A stretch of DNA of 64,000 bases from Halodesulfurarchaeum sp. (GTDB taxonomy: Archaea; Halobacteriota; Halobacteria; Halobacteriales; Halobacteriaceae): positions 1,248,001 to 1,312,000 of the forward strand of contig JAXHNL010000002.1 in the NCBI GenBank assembly GCA_034520565.1. Reading direction: 5' to 3'. This document shows, piece after piece, positions 1-8,779 of the stretch. Both the position numbers and the translations under genes were made by a program. Below the pieces are notes generated by a model that did not search any database, was not told where the DNA came from, and saw only the letters and a program-made list of their open reading frames with translations. Each line of letters starts with the position of its first letter. Within the stretch, counting starts at the first letter, position 1.

Positions 1-413
1 TCGGTCTCGACGAAATCCTTCCCCCGGGAGACGATTTCGACCCCGTCGAGAGCTTCGAGAAAGTCGACTGTATTTTTCGTCGCGGCGATGACTGCTGTAG
101 TCTGGACGGTCTCACCATCCGCCGTCGTCGCCTGAAACCCGTCTCCGGTGCGTTCGAGGTCGGTGACTCGTGCCTGTCTGCGACTCGCGCCAGCCCGTTC
201 TGCCTGTTCGCCCATCATCTCGAGGAGGAGCCGGCTGTTGACTCCGGCAGGGAAGCCTGGATAGTTCTCGAGATGGGCGTTCCGGCGGAGGATCGGCTCG
301 CCATCGTTGAGTATCAACGTGTCCAATTCCGCCCGAGCGGTGAAAATCCCGGCTGAGAGACCGGCCGGTCCGCCCCCAATGATCAATACGTCCCAGGTTG
401 TCGATCGGTTCAT
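1..413 (-). CDS. NAD(P)/FAD-dependent oxidoreductase, thioredoxin-reductase-like (runs off the window start)
   Basis: Not in the ORF track; manual translation from ATG at 413 gives MNRSTTWDVLIIGGGPAGLSAGIFTARAELDT...LENYPGFPAG, with a GxGxxG FAD motif and the ENYPGF motif. Confidence 0.85.
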   Translation of the reverse strand, partial: MNRSTTWDVLIIGGGPAGLSAGIFTARAELDTLILNDGEPILRRNAHLENYPGFPAGVNSRLLLEMMGEQAERAGASRRQARVTDLERTGDGFQATTADGETVQTTAVIAATKNTVDFLEALDGVEIVSRGKDFVET

Positions 414-472
414 AAACGACATTCCACGCCCGAGGGGGAAGAAAGGGTGGGTGGCTCCGTCGCTTGCTGGTT

Positions 473-1108
473 TCAGTACTCGACCGCGACTGCCCGAACT
501 GGCGCGCCATCGACCTGGAGCGGGAGCGGAAATGCGCGCAATTCGAACCGCTCCGGGACCCGTTTCAGGCCGGTGAGGTTCTCGAAAATCAGGTTCTCGG
601 CGCCCAAGATTGCTTCGTGGGCCTTGAAGCCATCCGGCTCGTCGGCGCTCGCGGACAGACTTGGCGTCGGATCGGGATTGAGCGTATCCGAGCCGACCGA
701 GAAATCCCGTTTTGCACACACCGTCGCGGCCTCGGGGCTGAGGTACGGGTGGTCGAAATATCGGTCCGTCCCCCAGTGTTCGTCCCAGTTCGTTTGAAAG
801 ATCACGCAGTCAGCCGTCTCGTCTTCCGGGATCCGCTCGGGGGGAATCGGTTCCCGGGCCTCGAGGTCCCGACAGTCGACTTTCACCGCGTCGAACACGA
901 ATTCGTCGACGGAAAATTCGGCGAGTTTCTTCCCATCCGGGATGATGTGAGCCGGCGCGTCGACGTGGGTGCCGGCGTGGCTCCCGGTCTCGATTTTGGT
1001 CGATCGGTAGCCCTCGGTTTCGTGTACCGCGTTTGGCGAGACGTGGACGTCGTCGTCTGCGGGATAGGTCTGTAACCCGTCGACGAACGGGTGGGAGAGG
1101 TCCTCCAT
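473..1108 (-). CDS. Cyclase family metal-dependent hydrolase (kynurenine formamidase-like)
   Basis: HAGTHVDAPAH motif, ENLTGL, DGAPVRAVA; start placed at MEDLSHP. Confidence 0.9.
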   Translation of the reverse strand: MEDLSHPFVDGLQTYPADDDVHVSPNAVHETEGYRSTKIETGSHAGTHVDAPAHIIPDGKKLAEFSVDEFVFDAVKVDCRDLEAREPIPPERIPEDETADCVIFQTNWDEHWGTDRYFDHPYLSPEAATVCAKRDFSVGSDTLNPDPTPSLSASADEPDGFKAHEAILGAENLIFENLTGLKRVPERFELRAFPLPLQVDGAPVRAVAVEY

Positions 1109-1161
1109 ACCATTTGCTCCGGTTGGCACCGGCAAAATACTGCTGAAGACGACGGGCCCAG

Positions 1162-1614
1162 TTACGCGTCTCGCATTCCGACAGGAGACACCAGCCCGAG
1201 TTCCCGGACCATGCCCAACGTATCCCAGTAGGACCAGATCTCGACGATCTTACCGTCCTCGAACTGGAACATGTTCAGGCCGGTGCCGGAGAAGTCCTCG
1301 CCTTCGCCCTCGATGCCGAAGAGCTTCTCCGTCTGGGTGCCAGCGGAGGACCACCTGACGGCGTATTCGTCGCCGTCGCCGAAGATCGTCTCGACCTCGT
1401 ATTCGATGTCCGGAAATGCAGCGTGGTAGCGCTTGACGAACGCCTTGACCTGTCCCAGATTTTTGAGCGTGCCCGGCGTGACACTGCGGGGACCGTGATA
1501 CTTGATGTCCTCTGCGAGGATTTCCTCTGCAACGTCCGTATCTCCCTCGGTGAACATCTCCTCGTAATACCGCTCGATGGCGGTCTCGTGATCTACCATG
1601 CCTTGTGTCACCAT
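1162..1614 (-). CDS. SnoaL-like ester cyclase (NTF2 fold)
   Basis: AAFPDI, FEDGKIVEIWSYWDTLGMVRELG pattern. Confidence 0.85.
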   Translation of the reverse strand: MVTQGMVDHETAIERYYEEMFTEGDTDVAEEILAEDIKYHGPRSVTPGTLKNLGQVKAFVKRYHAAFPDIEYEVETIFGDGDEYAVRWSSAGTQTEKLFGIEGEGEDFSGTGLNMFQFEDGKIVEIWSYWDTLGMVRELGLVSPVGMRDA

Positions 1615-1714
1615 ACCAACCTACGGCGGCCGAGCCATTAACCGTTCGGGGACCCCCCGATTCGTGCCCCTATTTTTCGACCCTGGGTGTCATCGTGGAA
1701 ATTGCCACCTGCGC

Positions 1715-2086
1715 TCAGAGAGCCTGAGCAAGTGCGCGAGTGAGTATCCAGGCAGCTCCCAGTGCGAGTAACGCCCCGAGGAACGTTCCGGCGGCGTTCC
1801 CGACGGCCCGATACCGGTCCCCGGTTTCCCAGAGTCGGACTGTTTCGACGGAAAACGAGGAGAAGGTGGTGAAGGAGCCGGCCACGCCAGTCCCGAGGAA
1901 GAGCACAAGTTCGTTTCCCATTCCGAGAAAGGTCACGGACCCGAGCAGAAAGGTCCCGGCGACGTTCACTGTGATCGTTCCGTAGGGATACACAGTCCCG
2001 TCGATTCGACTGCTCGCCAACTGTCGAAGTATTGCGCCGATTGCACCGCCGGTTCCGACGATGTGGGCGGGCTCGATCGGGATCAT
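1715..2086 (-). CDS. crcB: Fluoride channel CrcB/Fluc, second subunit
   Basis: GGAIGAILR, PYGTITVN, GVAGSFTTFSSF motifs; start overlaps the upstream crcB stop (ATGA). Confidence 0.92.
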   Translation of the reverse strand: MIPIEPAHIVGTGGAIGAILRQLASSRIDGTVYPYGTITVNVAGTFLLGSVTFLGMGNELVLFLGTGVAGSFTTFSSFSVETVRLWETGDRYRAVGNAAGTFLGALLALGAAWILTRALAQAL

Positions 2087-2478
2087 CGACTCACCCGCCC
2101 TTCGAATCGTACGGCCACTGCCCGTCCCACGATCACGCCGGCAAATCCCAGCCCGTAGGTGGCCAGTACGTTGAATACGAACCATGCTGGCTGGCTTTGG
2201 ACCGAGAGGAGCGCGAACGTACTGTAGGTCGTAAAGGACGAGAGAAAGCCCGTGGACACCAGAAGACGTGTTTCCATCGAGAGCCGGTCCGTGCGAAGAG
2301 CCACGTAGATGACGAGCCCGAGAGCAAAACTGCCAGTTGTATTCACGGCGAGTGTGGCAGGCAGCGCCGGCCAGAACTGTCCGATGAGATATCGGAGGTT
2401 CGATCCGGCGAATCCACCGATACCGACCAGTGCCATCGTCTCGAGTGCCCGAATCGGGCGGAAATCGCGTGCTGTCAT
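2083..2478 (-). CDS. crcB: Fluoride channel CrcB/Fluc, first subunit
   Basis: GGFAGSNLRY, TLAVNTTGSF, TGFLSSFTTYSTF motifs. Confidence 0.92.
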   Translation of the reverse strand: MTARDFRPIRALETMALVGIGGFAGSNLRYLIGQFWPALPATLAVNTTGSFALGLVIYVALRTDRLSMETRLLVSTGFLSSFTTYSTFALLSVQSQPAWFVFNVLATYGLGFAGVIVGRAVAVRFEGRVSR

Positions 2479-2487
2479 GACTCGATA

Positions 2488-2542
2488 GAAGGAGTCATCA
2501 GCCGCGAATCGGCAGTTGGATCAGGCGGACTCCATCGCCTGT
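2488..2542 (-). promoter_or_regulatory. Fluoride riboswitch (crcB RNA motif)
   Basis: Minus strand AGGCGATGGAGTCCGCCTGATCCAACTGCCGATTCGCGGCTGATGACTCC: P1 AGGCG/CGCCT, pseudoknot GGAGTC/GACTCC, P2 GCCG/CGGC, conserved GATGG and CTGATG; directly upstream of crcB. Confidence 0.9.
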
Positions 2543-2636
2543 TGGGGAATTACACTCGTCAGTGAAGTCGTTTGCGCATTGTCGGGCGATGTTGTGAATT
2601 ACTAACAAAACACATATTATTATACCACGACAATTT

Positions 2637-3044
2637 TTGCCTATGCGGTATCATATTCTCATGCCCGTCGACCGTGACGCCGACCGAACCAACGCGCAGG
2701 TCGATTACCTGTTGACTTCCCCGATGGCGCCCGAGGATCTCGTGGTCCGGATCCTTCACGTCCTCCCGCGGGAGGACGCGGACATCGATGACGAGGAGAA
2801 CTTCGAGGGCAACGAGGCGGCGATCGAGGCAGCGAATCGGTTGGAGGGTGCAGGCGCGACTGTCGCTCGTCGGATGGACACCGGGCCCGTCGCGGCGGCG
2901 ATTCTCGAGCACGCCGAGGAGATCGACGCCGACCAGATCGTTATGAGCGGACGCAAGCGCGATGGGATCTCCGACGTGTTACTCGGAAGTACTGCGACGG
3001 ACATCATTCAGGCGACGAAACGGCCGGTCGTCATGACCGGGTAG
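2637..3044 (+). CDS. Universal stress protein (UspA family)
   Basis: ILMPVD, ADQIVMSGRKR, LLGSTATDII...RPVV. Confidence 0.9.
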   Translation: MPMRYHILMPVDRDADRTNAQVDYLLTSPMAPEDLVVRILHVLPREDADIDDEENFEGNEAAIEAANRLEGAGATVARRMDTGPVAAAILEHAEEIDADQIVMSGRKRDGISDVLLGSTATDIIQATKRPVVMTG

Positions 3045-3050
3045 CGGCGG

Positions 3051-4820
3051 TCACTTTTCGCTCGGGGGGTGGTCGTACCGGGATGGAATCATCGCTGTTT
3101 CCACGTATCTGTTGCCTCCTGCGTAGTCGACCCCCGGCTGTATGAACGGATACGGTCCCTCTGCAGGCGTGTTCTGAACTGTCCCGCCGGACTCGGGTGT
3201 CGTGACGAGGTTCATCACCTCGTATGCAACCGGCGAACGGGTCTCGAGGTACTCGACGAGCACGTCGGCCGGAATCGCGTCACGGGTCTCCACGTTCCTG
3301 AAGGGAAAGCCACACCCGCCGAGATCCCGCGTTGGGGTACCGGGCCGTCGGAAGGTAGCCACGCGGTAGGTTGCCTCCGGGTCGATCGGTTCGTCGTCGA
3401 CGGTCATGGAGACCAGCCGCCGACCCCGTTTTGCCGTCGGGTCGACTACCAACTCGACGTTCGAGGAGAACGCACGCACGCGGCCGTCCTCCTGATCGTA
3501 GACGTGGGCGGTGAAGTTGTCGATGAGGTAGTTTTCGACGTGTGAGACGAGCTGTTGGCCCCAGGCGTCTCCGGCGGCGACCGGGGCCGTCATCGGGTAG
3601 AACGTGAACACGTCTTCGAGAGTGATTTCTCCGGCCGGGATCGCCTGCCCGAAGCGGTTGCCGTGGGTAACCGCGAGATCGGTCTCGAAGGTCTCCCTGA
3701 GGGCGTCGTTGAAGAGCGTATTCCACGCGCTCTCGAGGAACGACTGGCGGGCCAGATCGAATTTCGTCTCGCCGACCACCGTCGAGAGCGGTCGTGTGAG
3801 TGTGACCGGGCCACGCTGGAAGTCCGGATCCTCGTCGAAAAACGGGGTTCGAAGCCGTTCGATCGTCTCCGCGGTTGCCTCGTCCGGTGCTGGGGTGTAG
3901 GGGGCGTCCTTCGTGAAGGTGTAGAGGACGTGTCTGAACGCCGGTCCACGTTCGTCGAAGCGGACGTCTACCCGTCCAAGTGCCTCGCCCATGCCCGATT
4001 CGATCACCATCGTTTCGGTTCGGTCGATCAAGATGGGTTCGTACGTATACTCGTGGGTGTGTGCGCTGAGGGCCACGTCGACACTGTCGAAGTCCTTTGC
4101 GGCCTGAACCATCCACGGGAGACCGATCTCGGTGACTGCGACGACCAGATCTGCACCTGCCTCCCGGGCGGCAGTCGCGGTTTCCTCGAGCAGGACCGGT
4201 GACTTTCCGAACTGATATTTGCCGTCGTGGAAGGCCGGGGCCATCCTGTCGATGTAGGGATTTGTCATTCCGACGACGCCGATCGTTCGGCCGCTCCGCT
4301 CGAAGAGCGAGTACCCCTCGTACAACTGGGACCCTTCGGCGTCAGAGAGGTTCGTCGCGAGAGTCGGGGCCTCGACGGCGTCGAAGAGGTCCAGAGCGGA
4401 TCCGTCCCGGGCCCCCTCGTGGCCGAAGTCCCAGTTCCCGGGCACGTACACATCGGGATCGACGTGCTCGTTAATCGGTTCGAGCATGATCTCTCCGTCC
4501 GTGAACGTCGCCTCCGCCGTCCCGTGGAAGGTGTCGCCACTCATCAACACGAGCGACTCGTTGGCTTCGCGTAGCTGATCGAGTTTGGCCACGTGAGTTG
4601 CCAGCCCACGCACGGGCCGAATCGCCCGCTTTCCGGACTCGAAGTCGATTGGCGAACTTCCCCTGCTTGTGCGGTAGAAAACCTGATTCGCCGGTCCGAG
4701 TTGGCCGTGGAGATCACTCAGATGGGCGATTGTCAGGTCGGAAGACCCCGCAGGTGCTGACTGCCCGTTGAAGTACCGCCACTCTCCGAGCCAAGTGGTA
4801 TTACTATCCATGTCTGTCAT
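3051..4820 (-). CDS. SoxB-like / 5'-nucleotidase-family metallohydrolase
   Basis: DLHGQ, GDTFHG, GNWDF and AHTHE metal motifs plus a 5'-nucleotidase C-terminal domain; no signal peptide seen. Confidence 0.8.
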   Translation of the reverse strand: MTDMDSNTTWLGEWRYFNGQSAPAGSSDLTIAHLSDLHGQLGPANQVFYRTSRGSSPIDFESGKRAIRPVRGLATHVAKLDQLREANESLVLMSGDTFHGTAEATFTDGEIMLEPINEHVDPDVYVPGNWDFGHEGARDGSALDLFDAVEAPTLATNLSDAEGSQLYEGYSLFERSGRTIGVVGMTNPYIDRMAPAFHDGKYQFGKSPVLLEETATAAREAGADLVVAVTEIGLPWMVQAAKDFDSVDVALSAHTHEYTYEPILIDRTETMVIESGMGEALGRVDVRFDERGPAFRHVLYTFTKDAPYTPAPDEATAETIERLRTPFFDEDPDFQRGPVTLTRPLSTVVGETKFDLARQSFLESAWNTLFNDALRETFETDLAVTHGNRFGQAIPAGEITLEDVFTFYPMTAPVAAGDAWGQQLVSHVENYLIDNFTAHVYDQEDGRVRAFSSNVELVVDPTAKRGRRLVSMTVDDEPIDPEATYRVATFRRPGTPTRDLGGCGFPFRNVETRDAIPADVLVEYLETRSPVAYEVMNLVTTPESGGTVQNTPAEGPYPFIQPGVDYAGGNRYVETAMIPSRYDHPPSEK

Positions 4821-4907
4821 TCGTCCTACGCGTGTCGGCCGTATAGATGCTAGCCCCGCCCCGAAGCCGCACAAACGTTTTGAGGGTTCACCGAGTTCGT
4901 TTACGTA

Positions 4908-5717
4908 ATGGTCGAACTGTGTGCTCTGCTGGATGACATCGTTGCCGATCCCGATGCGCTCTTTCTCTTCTCACCGACAGGGTCACAGTACGATGACGCG
5001 TCGTCGGTCGAGGAGATGCCAGTGGTCGTCGTCGGCACGGAAAACGAAGTCGAAGCGACCGAATTCGTCGAAGTGCCACTGGCGTTCGACAGCGTGAAAG
5101 ATTACATTTACTTCGCGCTGGAGGGTGCGGCCGATCAGGAACTCGTCGAACCCGGTGACGAGGTACTTGCCGTCTTGAGCCTGATTGACGACGGGCGGGA
5201 CATGATCTCCCGAGTCAGGGTCAAGGAGGGCACACACGGCATTTACGACCTGTTCACGGACTCGCGAGCGGACCCGGACGTGCTTCGGGACGCCTTCGAC
5301 GTCGCCATCGAACTCGGGAGGAAGGGGCAAAAGGGCAAACCGGTCGGCGCCCTGTTCGTCGTGGGCGATGCGGGCAACGTCATGAACAAGTCCCGACCGC
5401 TCTCGTACAACCCCTTCGAGAAGTCCCACGTTCACGTCGGCGATCCAATCGTGAACGTGATGCTCAAGGAGTTCTCTCGGTTGGACGGCGCCTTCGTCGT
5501 TTCGGATTCGGGGAAAATCGTCTCGGCGTACCGGTATCTCGAACCCTCCGCCGAAGGAGTAGACATTCCCAAAGGACTGGGTGCCCGGCATATGGCTGCG
5601 GGCGCCATCACTCGGGATACGGGGGCCGTGGCGATCGCGCTCAGCGAAAGCGACGGGATGGTTCGGGCGTTCAAGGGCGGTGATCTGGTCCTCGAACTCG
5701 ATCCGGAGGAGTACTGA
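4908..5717 (+). CDS. dacZ: Diadenylate cyclase DacZ
   Basis: LDGAFVV and GLGARHMAA DAC motifs with an N-terminal pyruvate-kinase-C-like domain. Confidence 0.92.
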   Translation: MVELCALLDDIVADPDALFLFSPTGSQYDDASSVEEMPVVVVGTENEVEATEFVEVPLAFDSVKDYIYFALEGAADQELVEPGDEVLAVLSLIDDGRDMISRVRVKEGTHGIYDLFTDSRADPDVLRDAFDVAIELGRKGQKGKPVGALFVVGDAGNVMNKSRPLSYNPFEKSHVHVGDPIVNVMLKEFSRLDGAFVVSDSGKIVSAYRYLEPSAEGVDIPKGLGARHMAAGAITRDTGAVAIALSESDGMVRAFKGGDLVLELDPEEY

Positions 5718-6492
5718 ATGGTCGACGTGATCGCCGACTTCACGCTCGAAACCCGGTATCTCTGGGCCGCGGTCATCGTTGATCGGCGGGCTGCTCGGTG
5801 GTCACTTTTTCGGGCAACTCAATCGCCGGCTATTACGTGGATTGGGTGTCGACGAGGCTGTAGAGGGAACGAGTCTCGAGCGAACGGCCCGGAACTTCGG
5901 CACCGATACAGTCGCGATTCTCGCCCAGAGTACGGCCTGGTTGATTTACGGGTTTGCAGTGGTTTACAGTCTGCAGGTCGCCGATATCGTGGAAACGAGC
6001 GTGCTGTTGGCCCGGGGTGCTGACCTTCTCCCATCCTACATTCTCGCCACCCTGATCGTGATGGGTGGGTTGCTTCTCGGGGACAAAATGGAAGTCTCTG
6101 TGAACGAGCGACTCAAGGGGGTCAAGTTCCCTGAAGTCAGCGCTCGTCGGACGGGTCTTCCGGTACACGGTCGTATTCGTTGCGATACTTCTGGCACTCG
6201 CCCAAATCGGTGTCGCCGTCGGTGTTCTGTTGATCCTTCTCGGAGCCTATCTTTTCGCCGTCATCGTTCTCCTCACGACGGCACTGCACCAGCTTCTTGC
6301 CGCGGCCGGTGCCGGTCTGTATCTCTTGTTCTCACAACCATACACCATCGGCGATCAGGTTGCAATCGGGGAACACGAGGGCGTCGTACAAGAGATCGAC
6401 CTGTTTTCTACCTCGATCGAAAAGGATGGGCGGGTCTTTCTCGTGCCGAACCATCTCGTCCTCAAGAAGGGGGCGACGTTGATCCGCGAGTG
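5718..6492 (+). pseudogene. mscS: Mechanosensitive channel MscS-family protein with two frameshifts (~5780, ~6140)
   Basis: Hydrophobic segments and PYTIGDQVAIGEHEGVVQEIDL...LVPN are spread over three successive frames. Confidence 0.75.
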
Positions 6493-6493
6493 A

Positions 6494-6982
6494 TCACTCG
6501 ACGGGCTCGGCCGGAACTCCGGCGACGGTCGTCTCGGGTGGCACGTCCTCGGCTACGAGGGAGTTTGCAGCGACCCGAGCCCCGTCGCCGATTTCCACCC
6601 CGGGAAGGACGATCGCGCCGGCGCCGATCATGGCTTCGGCACCGATTCTGACCGGCCCGGTTCGGAACTCGTCCTGAAGGAACTCGTGACAGAGGATGGT
6701 CGCGTCGTACCCGACGATCGCGTCTGCTTCGATCGTGATGAGTTCGGGAAAGAACACGTCGGGAGTCGATTCGAGCCCCCAGCGGGCCCCAGGCTCCACC
6801 GTCATTCCGACCCGACGGTATAGCCAGTTCTTGAACCGGAGGCTCGGGGAATGCCTCGCTACCACGATCGCGGCGTAGTTGCGCGCGACGATCCACGGCG
6901 ATTTCGCCTTCCGCCAGTGACGAAGCGAGTTTCCGGGACCGGTCGCCGTCCGTTCGAGGCGCTCGTGGCGACGGTTAGACAC
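6494..6982 (-). CDS. Hexapeptide-repeat acyltransferase
   Basis: IGAEAMIGAGAIVLPGVEIGDGARVAANSLV...GVPA left-handed beta-helix; GTG start inferred. Confidence 0.85.
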   Translation of the reverse strand: MSNRRHERLERTATGPGNSLRHWRKAKSPWIVARNYAAIVVARHSPSLRFKNWLYRRVGMTVEPGARWGLESTPDVFFPELITIEADAIVGYDATILCHEFLQDEFRTGPVRIGAEAMIGAGAIVLPGVEIGDGARVAANSLVAEDVPPETTVAGVPAEPVE

Positions 6983-7023
6983 GACTGTCGGTAGGGCGTC
7001 GTGTTTCATTAACCCTCCGAGGG

Positions 7024-7191
7024 TTACTCGACGATCGGGTTGAACCCGCCCGTGATGTTCCACTCGTGGACACAATAGACCTTCCCGACCTCGCCCTCGA
7101 CGCGCCAGGCGCCAGTCGATTCGTCCCAGACCTCCTCGCGCTCACACCGCAGACACCGCCGGGTCTGCGGACGACGTATTTCGACGCTCAT
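7024..7191 (-). CDS. Small HEWD-family protein (55 aa, CxxC...CxHEW)
   Basis: Manual translation MSVEIRRPQTRRCLRCEREEVWDESTGAWRVEGEVGKVYCVHEWNITGGFNPIVE; below the ORF-track cutoff. Confidence 0.75.
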   Translation of the reverse strand: MSVEIRRPQTRRCLRCEREEVWDESTGAWRVEGEVGKVYCVHEWNITGGFNPIVE

Positions 7192-7235
7192 ATGTGTCCT
7201 ATGGTATCACTACGCAATAAACCTGCAGGAACGTG

Positions 7236-8252
7236 TTACTTCGCTTCATTCGTTCTTTCGGACACGAGTCCGAGGTCGAGTGGGACCTGACCGTCTGCGT
7301 ATCCAGCGACCGTCCCTTCGGGACGCAATCGATAGACCACCGCCGGGCGATGGCCGACTGCTGGTTCGCTTGCCATGACCTGTTCGAACTCCGCGTCGGT
7401 GAAACTCGTACAATCCACCAGCAGAACCACGCCTCCTCCGTGAGCGTCGAGTTGGCCATCGACCTTGGTTGCCGCCGTCAGTTTGACCGCCTCGACTGCC
7501 GAATTTGCGTTCCGTCGGTGTGGTGGAGCCGGATGGGTCACCTCCACGAGGTGGGCACGATCGTTCGTTTCGACCCGGAAATCGAGTGAGTGCCCGGTCG
7601 AAACGGGCGCCTCCGGTTCGATGTCGTACCCGGCTGCATCAAGCAGGTACGCGGCATTGAACTCGCCCATCGCGGCAGTCATCCGAATCATGTTCAGCCC
7701 GTCGGAGGTGCCGAGCTTTCCGGCCATGAGGTGACGGTAGTCGTCGAAGACGCCACTCGCGAGAAACGATTCGTAAAATTCGAGGGCCGGTTCTGCATCG
7801 TCGATGGGGAAGCCGGCGGCGTGCTCTGAGAAGAACGTCCGCGAAGTTTCCCGACCGTCTTTCGAGAGAAACACGGGGAGGAAGAACCACGAGAGGTGGG
7901 GGAACTCGGTCAGCCAGGGAGACTCCTCGTGCAGTTGGGCCAATAGTTCGCGCTCGGCCCAGTCGGCGACACCGGGCGGCACTTCATCGAAGTCGTACTT
8001 CTCGGTTCGCCAGAGCACCTCCGGCGTTTCGGTGTTCCCCATCCAGTAGGCCTGTCCCTCCGTCCAGGCGAACAGGGCGATGTCGCCGTTTTCCATCTCG
8101 AATCGTCGTGCCTCGTAGTCGTCTGGCGGGGCGAACCAGGGGGTCGTCATTTCCGCACCGAGTGCGTCGTCGAGAGATCGATAAATCCGGTCCGTCACCC
8201 GGCCTTCTGACCAGGATTCCGTGGACCGCCGGAAGCGTAACAAACTAGCCAC
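7236..8252 (-). CDS. Conserved haloarchaeal protein (DUF5784-like)
   Basis: Acidic ORF with YWMGNTETP and MAGKLGTS...MGEF; GTG start inferred. Confidence 0.7.
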   Translation of the reverse strand: MASLLRFRRSTESWSEGRVTDRIYRSLDDALGAEMTTPWFAPPDDYEARRFEMENGDIALFAWTEGQAYWMGNTETPEVLWRTEKYDFDEVPPGVADWAERELLAQLHEESPWLTEFPHLSWFFLPVFLSKDGRETSRTFFSEHAAGFPIDDAEPALEFYESFLASGVFDDYRHLMAGKLGTSDGLNMIRMTAAMGEFNAAYLLDAAGYDIEPEAPVSTGHSLDFRVETNDRAHLVEVTHPAPPHRRNANSAVEAVKLTAATKVDGQLDAHGGGVVLLVDCTSFTDAEFEQVMASEPAVGHRPAVVYRLRPEGTVAGYADGQVPLDLGLVSERTNEAK

Positions 8253-8296
8253 GAGCGGAAGTACGCCACCACCCCGTTTACGCCTTCCCCTCGGTG

Positions 8297-8779
8297 TCAG
8301 TCCTCTTCGAGGGAGCGTTCCATCATCAGCCGCTGTGGGGTGTAGCCCCGGTCCCGGTACCACTGAATCGCCGTCTCGTTCTCTGCCATTGCACTAATGG
8401 CCACGACGTCCGCGCCTCGATCTGCCAGCTTCGTTTCGGCACGCGAGAGCAACGCCGAACCGATGCCCTGTCCCCGCACGCGCGGTTTCACGTACACGTT
8501 TTCGATCACGCCGCGGACGACAGACTGCTCGTACAGCCCAGATTCGCGGTAAAACATGACAAAGCCAAGTAGTTCTTCGGCTCCCCCGTCCGTTGCCGTG
8601 GCGACATCCAGCATGTCCCCTGCAACGTACTGGCCCAGGAGGTCCCGGGCCGCAGCTCGGTTGGGTTCTCCGACGATATGAGAGCCATACGAACGCTGTC
8701 CCTCGACGAGGTTCACCCAGCATTCCAGAATCTCGTCGACGTCGGACACGGTTGCCTCGACGATTTCGAAGGCCATCAA
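8297..8779 (-). CDS. GNAT family N-acetyltransferase
   Basis: VYVKPRVRGQGIGSALL motif A; NETAIQWYRDRGY. Confidence 0.9.
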   Translation of the reverse strand: MMAFEIVEATVSDVDEILECWVNLVEGQRSYGSHIVGEPNRAAARDLLGQYVAGDMLDVATATDGGAEELLGFVMFYRESGLYEQSVVRGVIENVYVKPRVRGQGIGSALLSRAETKLADRGADVVAISAMAENETAIQWYRDRGYTPQRLMMERSLEED

